IMG/VR virus record: IMGVR_UViG_3300033068_000963
Span: 32,175-96,174 of that record
DNA: 64,000 nt
From: a virus
Lineage: Duplodnaviria; Caudoviricetes
Strand: one strand, 5' to 3'
The number at the start of each line of letters is the position of its first letter. The first letter of the stretch is position 1. The position numbers and the translations under genes are program-made. Shown here one piece after another: positions 18,091 through 27,200 of the stretch. The notes under the pieces were generated by a model. It was not told where the DNA came from and made no database searches. It saw only the letters and a program-made list of their open reading frames with translations.

Positions 18091-18343
18091 ATGTCTGGGC
18101 CAAGGCGGCGTCCAGCGCCGCGTCGAACCCCATCCCGCCCGCGACAGAGCTCAAGACGGTGCAGACGATCTCAGGCGTGTATCCGTATAGGTCCCACGCC
18201 TTCTCAATCGCAATGAAGGCGTCCAGGGCGTCGGGGTTGCGCATGAGCGCGACGTAGGCCTTGAGGTCCGCGTCGGCCGCCCACATCTGAGCCTCCCAGC
18301 CGTCGTACTGGGCCTGCATCTTCATCTCCATGTCGCTGCTCAT
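18089..18343 (-). CDS. Hypothetical early protein
   Basis: ATGA-coupled chain of leftward genes. Confidence 0.55.
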   Translation of the reverse strand: MSSDMEMKMQAQYDGWEAQMWAADADLKAYVALMRNPDALDAFIAIEKAWDLYGYTPEIVCTVLSSVAGGMGFDAALDAALAQT

Positions 18344-18531
18344 TCCGGCTGTCCCTGTTGCCATTGGCCCTCCGCTCGACACCACGAGTCGGCGCATTCC
18401 TGACAGAGGTTCTCGCCGTCCAGATTGGTGACGCGAGCGCGGTCATCGTGGTTGACGCAGCCCGGCGGCATGACTTCGTGCTCGTCATCCAGAAAGGCGT
18501 TCAGGATGGGGATGTGGAGATCGCCGGTCAT
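18340..18531 (-). CDS. Small Cys/His (Zn-binding-like) early protein; paralogue of 63324-63518
   Basis: CVNH...CQEC; near-identical protein at 63.3 kb. Confidence 0.75.
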   Translation of the reverse strand: MTGDLHIPILNAFLDDEHEVMPPGCVNHDDRARVTNLDGENLCQECADSWCRAEGQWQQGQPE

Positions 18532-18830
18532 TTCAGGCCATCCACCATCGCGATTGCGCTGTCCGCCCCGCGCCAAGCTTCGATGCTGTCGGCGTCCTGA
18601 TCGTCGTCTTCCCAGTTCGAGGGCCGGGCGTGGTCAACGAGATCGCAGATCACCTCATGCAGAGCGGCGCGCTCCAAGAGGGCGGCTGTCAGCGCCTCCC
18701 CGGCCCGCTTGTTGTAGTCGCGGAGATCCATTGCGCCCTCGGTTGCCGACCGGCGCCAGAGAGCGATCTTGTCCTGCAACAGGGTGAACTGATCGCGGGT
18801 CAAAGGTCCGCCTCCAACAGTTCGGCGCAC
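18528..18830 (-). CDS. Hypothetical early protein (start may be TTG 18803)
   Basis: Coupled to both neighbours. Confidence 0.5.
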   Translation of the reverse strand: MRRTVGGGPLTRDQFTLLQDKIALWRRSATEGAMDLRDYNKRAGEALTAALLERAALHEVICDLVDHARPSNWEDDDQDADSIEAWRGADSAIAMVDGLK

Positions 18831-19039
18831 CGCTCAAGGCAGAAGCGCAGGTCCGGCCCCATCATGCCCGGAAGGTCGGAAAGCTCAGCGGTCTCCGACC
18901 AATACCGCGCCATGGACGCCACAGAGGCGCGAGAGGCGTCGTCGCGCTTGGTTCGGCAATGACCTACGCAATAGCGGCTGTCGGCGCACAGGCGGCGCAT
19001 TTCGCAGCCGTCACCGGTCTTGAAGGGTTCGCTGCTCAT
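18800..19039 (-). CDS. Hypothetical early protein
   Basis: 79 aa, Cys-rich, ATGA-coupled. Confidence 0.5.
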   Translation of the reverse strand: MSSEPFKTGDGCEMRRLCADSRYCVGHCRTKRDDASRASVASMARYWSETAELSDLPGMMGPDLRFCLERCAELLEADL

Positions 19040-19374
19040 GGGAAGCGGGCTCCAACTTTCTGAAGGTACGCGACGACGGCCTTTGCGCCGTCCCGCGAGG
19101 TCCAGTCCATATCCATGCTGTCGCTGATAGCGTCAGCGATGTCGTCTTCGAGGTCGCCCCAGTCGACTCCCTCGTAGACCCACGCGTGCTCAGTGATCTT
19201 GAGCGACCAGAGCGGACCGCGAAGGCTCAGCCGGAAGGCGTCGGCCGCCGTGCGGTTTTCCCATTTCAGCGCCTCGTTCGGGTCGCTGGTGAACGTGCCG
19301 TGCGCGGCGTTTTCCAGCCATCGGCCCTCGTCGTTTTCCAGGAACCACCACGTCTTCGGGTCAGTAGTCGTCAC
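19036..19374 (-). CDS. Hypothetical early protein
   Basis: Likely GTG start ~19374 (VTTTDPKTWW...). Confidence 0.5.
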   Translation of the reverse strand: MTTTDPKTWWFLENDEGRWLENAAHGTFTSDPNEALKWENRTAADAFRLSLRGPLWSLKITEHAWVYEGVDWGDLEDDIADAISDSMDMDWTSRDGAKAVVAYLQKVGARFP

Positions 19375-19702
19375 GGTCGTCGCTCCCGGCCCATTCCATC
19401 TGATGATCGCGGTCGCTCGCCTCCGACAGCATGGCTTCCGTGTGGTTCTGAGCGATGGCCTGAAGGATCGCCGCTTCGTCGCGCTGATCGAACGGGCCTC
19501 CGACGCCATCGACGGAAAGCAGCTTCAGGTCCTCGACCTCATCAGGGGCGCCGGGGTCGTAGCCCTCTGGCGGGCCGTAGTTGCCGGTTTCGGGTGAGCC
19601 CCAGGCGACGGTGAAGGAGACCTCCACCTCGACCTCATCGGCCTCGGGAATGTCCCCGGTGCTGTAGGGCAGGGTGCAGGCGTAGGTGTAGCGGGTCGCC
19701 AT
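19361..19702 (-). CDS. Hypothetical early protein; paralogue of 63512-63928
   Basis: MATRYTY...VEVSFTVAWGSPETG..GPPEGYDPG.P.EVED shared with the 63.5-kb gene. Confidence 0.75.
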   Translation of the reverse strand: MATRYTYACTLPYSTGDIPEADEVEVEVSFTVAWGSPETGNYGPPEGYDPGAPDEVEDLKLLSVDGVGGPFDQRDEAAILQAIAQNHTEAMLSEASDRDHQMEWAGSDDRDDY

Positions 19703-19774
19703 CACTCCCACCCCGCGCTCAGGCCGTGGTGGGGCGTGAAGGTGTACTTCTTGCCGTTGGTGGGGTTCCAGAGG
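19698..19774. repeat. 77-bp direct repeat, copy 1 (copy 2 at 63924-64000 runs off the window)
   Basis: gccatcactcccacccc...gttccagagg is identical at both sites; offset 44,226 bp. Confidence 0.95.
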
Positions 19775-19893
19775 CGGTAGTCGTCGGGACGGTAGTCGCC
19801 GGGGGTGGGGATGCACTCGACCACTTCCAGGGTCAGGAAGCCGACCTTGACGGAAGCGCCGGGGGTCCAGTCTTGCTTGGTGCGGGTGATCAT
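19702..19893 (-). CDS. Small early protein, first gene of the leftward operon
   Basis: MITRTKQDWTPG.SVKVGFL.L...YTFTPHHGL; GGAG RBS; 3' end duplicated at the window end. Confidence 0.7.
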   Translation of the reverse strand: MITRTKQDWTPGASVKVGFLTLEVVECIPTPGDYRPDDYRLWNPTNGKKYTFTPHHGLSAGWE

Positions 19894-19914
19894 GGGGTGT
19901 CTCCGTTGTTGATT

Positions 19915-19962
19915 GAAGATACGAAACGTACCCAATCACGTCAACGACTAAATGTACCCAAT
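19915..19962 (-). promoter_or_regulatory. PL-like promoter with two operator half-sites
   Basis: Minus strand TTGACG-17-TATCTT; YGTACCCAAT at 19927-19936 and 19953-19962. Confidence 0.75.
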
Positions 19963-19971
19963 CACGCTTTT

Positions 19972-20307
19972 TTAGCCCGCCGCTTTGGAAAGCCGGATCG
20001 CCCGCTCCCGTTCCTCGGGGCTCATTTCCTGCCACGCCGCCTCCGCAGCATCTCGCCTGGGCGGTCCCTTGCCGGTTGTCAGCCATAGGGCGTTGACGTG
20101 GAAAGCCCGCGTGTAGCGTTCGACGTACTTCTGCTTCAGCCCCTCGGCCTGGCGAAGGCCCTGCTCGTGGCTCTTATAGGTGTTCTCGTTCCAGCCATGC
20201 GCCTGAGCTGCGGAACGGGCGGACGTGAAGTGCGCCTTCTCCCTTGCCCAGCGCAAGCGCCCGCCAATGGTGTCCAGGTCCGGGGGTTCGATTGAGAACT
20301 TAGCCAT
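19972..20307 (-). CDS. CI-like repressor (XRE HTH, no S24 peptidase domain)
   Basis: IGGRLRWARE....SARSAAQAHGWNENTYKSHEQG; VNALWLTTGKG; divergent from cro. Confidence 0.85.
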   Translation of the reverse strand: MAKFSIEPPDLDTIGGRLRWAREKAHFTSARSAAQAHGWNENTYKSHEQGLRQAEGLKQKYVERYTRAFHVNALWLTTGKGPPRRDAAEAAWQEMSPEERERAIRLSKAAG

Positions 20308-20316
20308 CGGCGCAGA

Positions 20317-20381
20317 ATGTACCCGCCGATTGGGTACAATGGGTGTTGACGTGATTGGGTTCATGACGTACCCAATGGGGT
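20317..20381 (+). promoter_or_regulatory. PR/PRM switch region with operators
   Basis: TTGACG-17-TACCCA ending 7 nt before the cro ATG; ATTGGGTAC/GTACCCAAT copies at 20329, 20354 (partial) and 20367. Confidence 0.7.
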
Positions 20382-20615
20382 ATGGTTCAGAGCTTCAAAG
20401 ACATCATCGAAAAGTTCGGCGGCCCGGCCAACTTCGGTCGTGCGGTCGGCATGTCCCCCGGCGCCGCAAAGCAGGCGGGCCGCCGTGACAGCATCGCCGC
20501 TGAGTGGTTTAGCGCCACGGCCCGCGCTGCTCATGAGCGCGGCTTCGGCGAGATTACGGAAGCCAGATTGGCCGAGTTGGCGGAACAACGCCGGACGGCT
20601 CCGAAGGCCGCGTAA
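20382..20615 (+). CDS. Cro-like protein
   Basis: SFKDIIEKFGGPANFGRAVGMS..AAKQ..RRDSI..EW; divergent from cI. Confidence 0.8.
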   Translation: MVQSFKDIIEKFGGPANFGRAVGMSPGAAKQAGRRDSIAAEWFSATARAAHERGFGEITEARLAELAEQRRTAPKAA

Positions 20616-21057
20616 TGCCCTGCCTCGCCATCACCTTCGGACAGGCTCCACAAGCCGTACATCGGCGCTTGAGCCAATCCGCCACGATGGCGTCGCGCAC
20701 CCTGAGCATGGGCCGCTTTGACGGCGGGTTTTCCAACACCTTGAGCGCCCGCTTGACGCCCTTTCGGCAAGCCTTCGTGGCCTGCTTGTCCACCACTGCA
20801 CGCAACAAACCACTCACCCACGAAATCGCAGGACCGGCCACCATGACCGGTTGCGGCGAACCCTGGGGGAGCGAGTTCACCGACCGCGTTACGCGAACTA
20901 CGACTCACAACCTTGGCCGTTGCAATCGCCTCGCGGTTGATTTGCTCCCCGGTATGGTGCGGCAGGACGCCACGTCGATCTGGCGCCAAACGCATTTTGG
21001 GTGTCCGGGGCTCGACGCTCAACGTGTGGCTCTCGACACTCATAGCGGGGTGGCGGG

Positions 21058-21732
21058 ATGAGCGTTCGCACCGAGATCATCGGAGACTCGACGCTGTATC
21101 TCGGGGACTGCCGGGACATCCTTCCGACGCTTGGCAAGGTGGACGCGGTTGTGACCGATCCGCCTTATGGGATCAGCGCCGCCAAGAAGGGGGCGCACTC
21201 CTCGATCCGAGACAACGCGTCCTGGGCGCCTGCGGATTGGGATGATGGTCGACCGCCCGCTCTGATCTTTGATGCCCTTCTGTCCGCTCGCGAGGTGGCC
21301 ATCTGGGGCGGCAATTATTTCGCCGATCTCCTTCCGGCCTCTTCGGCTTGGCTGGCATGGGTGAAGCCGGAGGCAGATACAGGATTCTCGCTCGCGGACA
21401 TGGAGCTTTGCTGGACCAACCTCGGATTTGCAGCTCGGACCAAGAGGCTTCCCCGTCGAGATGGGAATGATCATCCGACGCAGAAACCCGTCGCCGTGAT
21501 GGCCTGGACGCTCGGTTTTGTGTCGTCGCAAACTATCCTCGACCCCTTCATGGGCTCGGGAACCACTGGTGTCGCCTGCGCCAATCTTGGCCGCAAGTTC
21601 ATCGGCATTGAGCGCGAGCCGTCCTACTTCGACATCGCCTGCCGCCGCATAGAGGCCGCTTACCGCCAGCCCCGGCTGTTTGACGAGCCGGTGGCTAAGG
21701 CCGTCCAGCCGTCCCTTCTGGAGTCGCTGTAA
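21058..21732 (+). CDS. DNA N6-A/N4-C methyltransferase (beta order)
   Basis: VVTDPPY, HPTQKP, ILDPFMGSGTTG and FIGIE motifs. Confidence 0.92.
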   Translation: MSVRTEIIGDSTLYLGDCRDILPTLGKVDAVVTDPPYGISAAKKGAHSSIRDNASWAPADWDDGRPPALIFDALLSAREVAIWGGNYFADLLPASSAWLAWVKPEADTGFSLADMELCWTNLGFAARTKRLPRRDGNDHPTQKPVAVMAWTLGFVSSQTILDPFMGSGTTGVACANLGRKFIGIEREPSYFDIACRRIEAAYRQPRLFDEPVAKAVQPSLLESL

Positions 21733-21997
21733 TGCGCTCCCCCCATTCCAATTCACGCACACCCGCGAGCCCCCCCAGGGTGCGCGTGAGGGGAAGGGCT
21801 GTTCTCCAGCGGTCCTTCCCCAACCTCATCCAGCAACGCTCTAGCGCGTTCGCTATGGGCGTCGGCAAGCTTCAACAGCCCGCCGAGCCCGTCTCCGTTC
21901 TCCCTCACGAAACACCTCAGCTTGCCGGCGAGTGTCGCGTGATCCAGTGCGCGTTCGATAGCCTCCATGTCCGTCCGTCCTCTGTGGAGCCCCCACA

Positions 21998-22465
21998 ATG
22001 ACAACATGGATGGACGGTTTCGTGCCCGACGATGGACAACTTATCCGGCGCACCATGGGCGAAACGCTCGCTCAAATGGTCCGCAACCGGTGGCCCCATA
22101 ATACCGCAAAGCACGTCGCGCGGGCATGGGATTTAGACCCCACGACGGCGAAGAACCTGACGAAGGGGCACGCCAGCGAGCGGACCCTGACCAAGGCGAT
22201 CCGAGCGGAAGGGTTCGAGTTGCTTGACGCGCTCGGCCACGCCCTGACCGGCCAAACCCACCACGAGTGGGAAGAACAGAAACTCACCCGCATCATCGAG
22301 GAAGCCAACAATGCAGCATCCAACGCTCAAGAGCGTGTGCGGCGGCTTCATTCACGCCGCGCTCTCCTGGCTGAAGAGGCCGGGACCGTGGGCGAAGCTG
22401 ACGCTGGGTCACACGCTGACCCTACGCGGTCTGCGCCGCCTCGCAAAATCCGAAACGCTGGCTGA
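21998..22465 (+). CDS. Hypothetical DNA-binding (CII-position) protein
   Basis: RWPHNTAKHVARAWDLDPTTAKNL, HTH-like. Confidence 0.55.
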   Translation: MTTWMDGFVPDDGQLIRRTMGETLAQMVRNRWPHNTAKHVARAWDLDPTTAKNLTKGHASERTLTKAIRAEGFELLDALGHALTGQTHHEWEEQKLTRIIEEANNAASNAQERVRRLHSRRALLAEEAGTVGEADAGSHADPTRSAPPRKIRNAG

Positions 22466-22537
22466 CCTGGGTGAGGCTGATGTCTCGCGCGGACGACGGC
22501 TGGCGAACGAAGCAACCGACGAACTGAGGGACAGAAC

Positions 22538-22723
22538 ATGACCTTCCTCCTCAAAGCCCGCCAATGGTTCACCTCCCACAAGGCTGAACGTATCGCCCAA
22601 GCCCGCAGGATCGCCCTGGACGCCTATGACGAGGCTGTAAGGCGGAAGGATACCCGCAAGCAGGCTGAACGCTGGCTGGCGGCTTTCAGGGCCACAAATG
22701 ACGCGCTGCGGGGTGGGCTGTGA
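22538..22723 (+). CDS. Hypothetical protein
   Basis: 61 aa; GAGG RBS. Confidence 0.55.
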   Translation: MTFLLKARQWFTSHKAERIAQARRIALDAYDEAVRRKDTRKQAERWLAAFRATNDALRGGL

Positions 22724-23211
22724 TGCCGATGTACTCCTACTTCGATGAAGACGACGCGACCGCGTTTGAGATCACCTCTGAAGAGGTCGAGGCGTGCAGC
22801 GACATTCCCCAACTGGTCGAGTGGCATGATGGCCTTGAGGAGATGTCGGAAGACCTCCGCGCGCAACTCCAGGCGGCGGCGATCTTCAACCGACACGACG
22901 ACTCCTGGGTGTTTCGCTGCACTCAAAAGCTGGGCTGGACAGGGCGTGGCCGAACTCGGGTTCGCAAGCGCCTGAGGGCTCTGGGATACGAGGTAAACCC
23001 CCAAGGGAAAGAGCTTCAAAACCTGCGAACGGAACACGCTCAACTGAAGGCAGAGAGCGCCGTGGCGGTGAAGTTCCTCCGCATCGCCGCGCTACAGATG
23101 GTCCCGGCTGAATACAAGGCGATCACTCAGGCCGCCCTGGCAGAGGTCGAGGCCGACGCCAAGAAAGCTGAAGACCGGAAAGCCTACTTCGAAGCGAGGA
23201 AGGTGGCATGA
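22720..23211 (+). CDS. Hypothetical protein
   Basis: Coupled to neighbours. Confidence 0.55.
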   Translation: MMPMYSYFDEDDATAFEITSEEVEACSDIPQLVEWHDGLEEMSEDLRAQLQAAAIFNRHDDSWVFRCTQKLGWTGRGRTRVRKRLRALGYEVNPQGKELQNLRTEHAQLKAESAVAVKFLRIAALQMVPAEYKAITQAALAEVEADAKKAEDRKAYFEARKVA

Positions 23212-23567
23212 CCTGTCCCAACTGCGCCAGCATGGCGGCGGAACTCGCTGAGCTTCGGAGCGCCCTAGGGCTTGCCGAGATGAGCGGAGCGGTTTTCGCC
23301 GTGCGCGAGGCTCTTGGCCTGAGCCCGACAACCGCCCGTCTGGTCCTGAAACTATACAGCGCGGCGGGTCGCCCCGTCGAGAAGAAAGCCCTGGATTCGG
23401 TCTTGTCCGAAGGGGTCGGGGGCCAATGCCTAAAGGTCCATATCTGGCGCATTCGCCAGTTGGTGGGCGCCGACCTGATCGAGACCGTCCCCGGCTATGG
23501 CTACCGGCTTTCCCCGAGCGGGATGGACTGGGTTGGCCTGATCATCAGCCCGAAAGTTGCAGCATGA
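23208..23567 (+). CDS. Winged-helix (OmpR/CtrA C-terminal-like) DNA-binding protein
   Basis: LSPTTARLV..L, LKVHIWRIRQ and IETVPGYGYRL motifs. Confidence 0.75.
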   Translation: MTCPNCASMAAELAELRSALGLAEMSGAVFAVREALGLSPTTARLVLKLYSAAGRPVEKKALDSVLSEGVGGQCLKVHIWRIRQLVGADLIETVPGYGYRLSPSGMDWVGLIISPKVAA

Positions 23568-23881
23568 CCGACGTTTTCACAACCGGCTGGGGCTGGAACG
23601 TCCCGGCGCCCATCGTTCCGCGCCCTACCACAACGATGAAGACAATCCTTGCGGAGGTTGCCGCTGATCATGGCTTGCCTCCGTCCGCCATCACCGGAGA
23701 TCGGCGCTTCATCCACCACGTTCGCGCCCGCCAGGACTTCATGTGGCGAGCCCGTCAGGTGAAGTGGCTGGACGGCAAGCCACGCTACAGCCTCCCCCAG
23801 ATCGGCCAATTCGTCGGCGTTGACCATTCCACCGTTCTGCATGGGGTCCGCACCCACGAGAAGCGCATGGGGGCCAACTGA
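23564..23881 (+). CDS. DnaA C-terminal-like HTH protein
   Basis: RARQDFMW...YSLPQIGQFVGVDHSTVLHGVR. Confidence 0.8.
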   Translation: MTDVFTTGWGWNVPAPIVPRPTTTMKTILAEVAADHGLPPSAITGDRRFIHHVRARQDFMWRARQVKWLDGKPRYSLPQIGQFVGVDHSTVLHGVRTHEKRMGAN

Positions 23882-24276
23882 TGCTCAAGCCCTGGACCAG
23901 ATCCGAAGACGACAGGGTCAAGAACGACTGGCGGGATGGCGTTATCGCCCCCGTCACCGCCAAGGCGCTTTGCCGGTCTGCAAGGGCCGTCCGTCACCGC
24001 CGAAGCCGCCTGGGGCTATCTGCCGAGGATCACACGCCTGATGTCGAGCGTGAGCGCCTGATCAACCTGCGCGCCGCTCGCGCGTCTACGGCGCTTCAGG
24101 CGCAACGTCTCAGGGCGATCCCAGAAACGGCCAACCGTGATGACACCTATGTCGCTGCGTGCATGGCGCTGGGAGGGTTCTGCGCTCTGTCGGAGCGGAG
24201 GATGCCGAGGGGCGTGGTCGTGGTGAGCCTGCCGCTCGTCTGGCCCAGCAAGACCGCGCAGGGGAGGGCTGCGTGA
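23881..24276 (+). CDS. Hypothetical (HTH-like) protein
   Basis: PWTRSEDD...AKALCRSARAVRHRRSRLGL. Confidence 0.55.
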   Translation: MLKPWTRSEDDRVKNDWRDGVIAPVTAKALCRSARAVRHRRSRLGLSAEDHTPDVERERLINLRAARASTALQAQRLRAIPETANRDDTYVAACMALGGFCALSERRMPRGVVVVSLPLVWPSKTAQGRAA

Positions 24277-25118
24277 CCCACCCGTGCCTGCCACTGTGGA
24301 TTGACGACTATGACGCCGCCACGTCTCACCTGACGGCGGCTGAAGACGGCGTTTATGGGCGCCTGCTGCGGCTGGCTTGGCGCACGCCAGGGTGTTCGCT
24401 GCCGAACGATCACGCCTGGATAGCCCGCAAGATCCGACTGTCCGCAGAGGACTTCGAAACTGTCGCCAAGCCGGTGCTGGATGAGTTCTTCAAGGTCCAG
24501 CGTGGGCGTCTCACTCAGAAGCGGCTCAAGGCCGAATACGACAACATCTCGCGTAAGAAATCTGCGAGGCAAGGAGCCGGTAAAAAAGGCGGCGACGCCA
24601 AGGCCCTGAAAAACAACGAAAATGATCCTAGCAATGCTACCGTTTTGCTAGGAGACACGCGCGCGTTTCCTGAACCTAAATCTGAACCGGACCCTGAAGT
24701 TATAGAACCCACCATCTCCAAGGCGGGCGTGCCCGTTTGGAAAACGATGCTGGAGGAAGCGATCTCCACGGCGGGCGACATGGCCGACATGACGCGCACG
24801 GCGATGAACCACGCCGCCGATCTCCGAGCCCTCGTTGAGCCCAAATCTGGCGAGCCCTGCGAGTGGGCAGAGGTCTTGGTGGCAATCGAGATGGTGGCGA
24901 TGCGCCAGCGCCAGCGCGGTAAGCTGATCCAGTCGTGGGGCTGGGTGAAGGACGACGCCCTGGCCCTCCGAGACAAGCGCCTCAACGCCGTGAACCCGGC
25001 GCCCAACGTGGTCCCGATCACCGGGGCGCGTCCCTCAAACCTCACCGAACAAATCGGCGCGAACAACGACGAAGCGCGCCGCCTCGCCTTCGAACGCATG
25101 GATGCTGAAAATGGCTGA
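24273..25118 (+). CDS. Replication initiator, DUF1376/YdaU-like
   Basis: LPLWIDDY.AATSHLTAAEDGVY.RLL..AW...SLPND; QKRL..E; GTG 24273. Confidence 0.8.
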   Translation: MTHPCLPLWIDDYDAATSHLTAAEDGVYGRLLRLAWRTPGCSLPNDHAWIARKIRLSAEDFETVAKPVLDEFFKVQRGRLTQKRLKAEYDNISRKKSARQGAGKKGGDAKALKNNENDPSNATVLLGDTRAFPEPKSEPDPEVIEPTISKAGVPVWKTMLEEAISTAGDMADMTRTAMNHAADLRALVEPKSGEPCEWAEVLVAIEMVAMRQRQRGKLIQSWGWVKDDALALRDKRLNAVNPAPNVVPITGARPSNLTEQIGANNDEARRLAFERMDAENG

Positions 25119-25629
25119 TCGCCTCGACATCGCCAACGCCCTGGAAAGCCTCGCCGTCCACTGTCGCCCCCCTCTGATGAGCGTGGAAGACCGCTCCCGC
25201 TGGATGGTGGATTGGTGTTCCGACCTCGCCAGCTTCCCCATTGAGGCGATCAAGCTGGCCTGCACCCGCTGGCGCCAGAGCGAGAACACTCGCTTTCCCA
25301 CGCCCGGCCAATTGCTGCCGATGGTCCGCGCCGTTCTGCCGGCCAAGGGCGACGGTCCGAAGATCGAGGCATGGCGCCCGATCAGCGACGAGGAATACCG
25401 GCAGCTTCCGATCCGCGACAAGATCCGCCACCTCCAGATCGTCCGCTCCGAGCTGATGACTGCCGCAGGGCCGATGCTGGTCAATGAGGGGAAGTTCAAG
25501 GGTCGCCTCCTGACGCCGGATGAGATGCCGGCCAAGTGGCATGAGGCCAGGGCCAAGGCGAAGGTGATCGACGCCGAGATCAGCCGTTTGCGTGGGGCGA
25601 TCAAGAATGCCCAGGAGCGCGCCGCATGA
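25102..25629 (+). CDS. Replication accessory (helicase loader/inhibitor-like) protein
   Basis: W..DL..FP.EAI..AC..WR......FPTPGQL; directly after the initiator. Confidence 0.6.
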   Translation: MLKMADRLDIANALESLAVHCRPPLMSVEDRSRWMVDWCSDLASFPIEAIKLACTRWRQSENTRFPTPGQLLPMVRAVLPAKGDGPKIEAWRPISDEEYRQLPIRDKIRHLQIVRSELMTAAGPMLVNEGKFKGRLLTPDEMPAKWHEARAKAKVIDAEISRLRGAIKNAQERAA

Positions 25630-25805
25630 TGCCCGTCACTGAAGCTGCCGCGCAGCGCGTGGCCGATATCAGGGGCGAGGGTTGGCGCTGGTCTCCCTCT
25701 TCCAGCACGCAAAACCCCTCGGGTGGCGAGCAAGACGAGCCACTAAGGCAAGCTCCGGGAGGCCCCCAAACCCTTTCCCCCTCCCACCCCGAAAGGCGAT
25801 AGACA

Positions 25806-26402
25806 TTGACCAAGCGCAACCGCAATCGCAAACCATCCGACCCGATGGAGATCATGCGCCAGGCCGCAGAACGCCGAGACCGTGACGCCGAGATCACCCG
25901 CTTGAAGACCATGGGCGCCACAGTCACCATCGACAACCGCAACGGACGCATCCTCGGGGCCTATCGCTCGTCGGTGTTCAAAATCCTGCTGGAGTCCAAG
26001 GCGATCAATCAGAACCAGTTCAACGCCGCTCAGGAGCTTGTCGAGCAATGGGCGACGTGGAAGGGCCTGTCTGGTAGCCAAGGGGCCTCTGCGGGCTTCG
26101 TAGACGGCGGGACGGGGTGTGTGGAGCTGGTGACGGACCGGATGATCAAGGCCGGCAAGGACGTGGCCCGCATCCTCGCCCACGTCGGCCCGATGGACCG
26201 CGAGTTGATCGAGGCCTTCATGGTGGCCGTGGTGGAGGAAGACCGGGCCATGGTCTGGCGGGGCATCGTCATGAAGGTCACGGGGATCAGCCAGCCGATC
26301 CGGCAGTCTCAGGTCGTGGTGAGCGCCCTGGAGAACCTGCGCCGGGTGATGGAGGGCACACACGATGTTGTGCTAATCCGTCGCAGGGTCGCAACAGCTT
26401 GA
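25806..26402 (+). CDS. Putative late-gene regulator (Q position)
   Basis: Last early gene, immediately followed by a strong promoter and the packaging genes. Confidence 0.5.
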   Translation: MTKRNRNRKPSDPMEIMRQAAERRDRDAEITRLKTMGATVTIDNRNGRILGAYRSSVFKILLESKAINQNQFNAAQELVEQWATWKGLSGSQGASAGFVDGGTGCVELVTDRMIKAGKDVARILAHVGPMDRELIEAFMVAVVEEDRAMVWRGIVMKVTGISQPIRQSQVVVSALENLRRVMEGTHDVVLIRRRVATA

Positions 26403-26427
26403 CAGCCTAAGCCGTAGGGGGTAATAA
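26399..26427 (+). promoter_or_regulatory. Late promoter (pR'-like)
   Basis: TTGACA-17-TAATAA. Confidence 0.7.
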
Positions 26428-26608
26428 ATCACTAGAGGCCGATGTTGCGCCAGACGCGCTCCGGCCAACCTCTTTCGCCCCCCGAACAACGCCTCGACAC
26501 ACAAAGCGTTTGTAACCCTCGCGTCTGATCGCGGGGGCTCCTCCTTCGCTCCCGATGGACGAACACCCTCGCATCATTGCCTAGCGCCCTGATCGTGGAG
26601 CGAACCTA

Positions 26609-26791
26609 TTGCCCATCTGGTCCATCAAGCTCCCCCTCCTTCGCCCCACTGACTACACCGGTGACATAGCGGTTGAAGGCGGTGTTCTCATGCTGATCAC
26701 CAAGGGCGAGACAGAAGACACCCTCGACAAGGCCTATGCGCCTGGATCGTGGGAGTACGTCGAGCGCAAGCCGTCTCCGAGCGGTGAGTGA
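26609..26791 (+). CDS. Small hypothetical protein
   Basis: 60 aa; TTG start with GGAG upstream. Confidence 0.4.
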   Translation: MPIWSIKLPLLRPTDYTGDIAVEGGVLMLITKGETEDTLDKAYAPGSWEYVERKPSPSGE

Positions 26792-26837
26792 AGCAGACAG
26801 TTAGCCAGATGGCTAAGCAGCAAGAAGCAAGCAGGCC

Positions 26838-27200
26838 ATGACCGATAATACGGACGGAAACGGGCCGCGCGACGACAAAGGCCGCTTTGGTCCTGGCAAC
26901 CCTGGAAAGCCCAAAGGCTCGCGCCATGCGCTGGGTGAGGCTTTCATCAAGGCGCTGCACGACGACTTCGCGGTGAACGGCGTGGCGGTCATCGAAGCCG
27001 TTCGCACAGAGAAGCCCGACCAGTACATGAAGGTCGTCGCCTCGCTGCTGCCGAAAGAGTTCAAGATAGAAACCACGAGTGACCTCACTGATGAGCAGCT
27101 CGACGCTCGCATTCGCACCCTCGCCAATCTCATTGAAGTCGGAATTGGTCAGCCTGCTGGAGGAGGCGAAGAGGCGGAAGGACCGCAGACGGCTCACTGA
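26838..27200 (+). CDS. terS: Terminase small subunit
   Basis: RDDKGRFGPGNPGKPKGSR, DF..NG..VIE.VR.EKP..Y.KVVASLLPK and DLTDEQL motifs. Confidence 0.8.
   Translation: MTDNTDGNGPRDDKGRFGPGNPGKPKGSRHALGEAFIKALHDDFAVNGVAVIEAVRTEKPDQYMKVVASLLPKEFKIETTSDLTDEQLDARIRTLANLIEVGIGQPAGGGEEAEGPQTAH

Noticed and set aside
20615-21061. ORFs between cro and the methyltransferase (and minus-strand 20554-20880, 21753-22007)
   Set aside because: No motifs and competing frames; could not decide which, if any, is real
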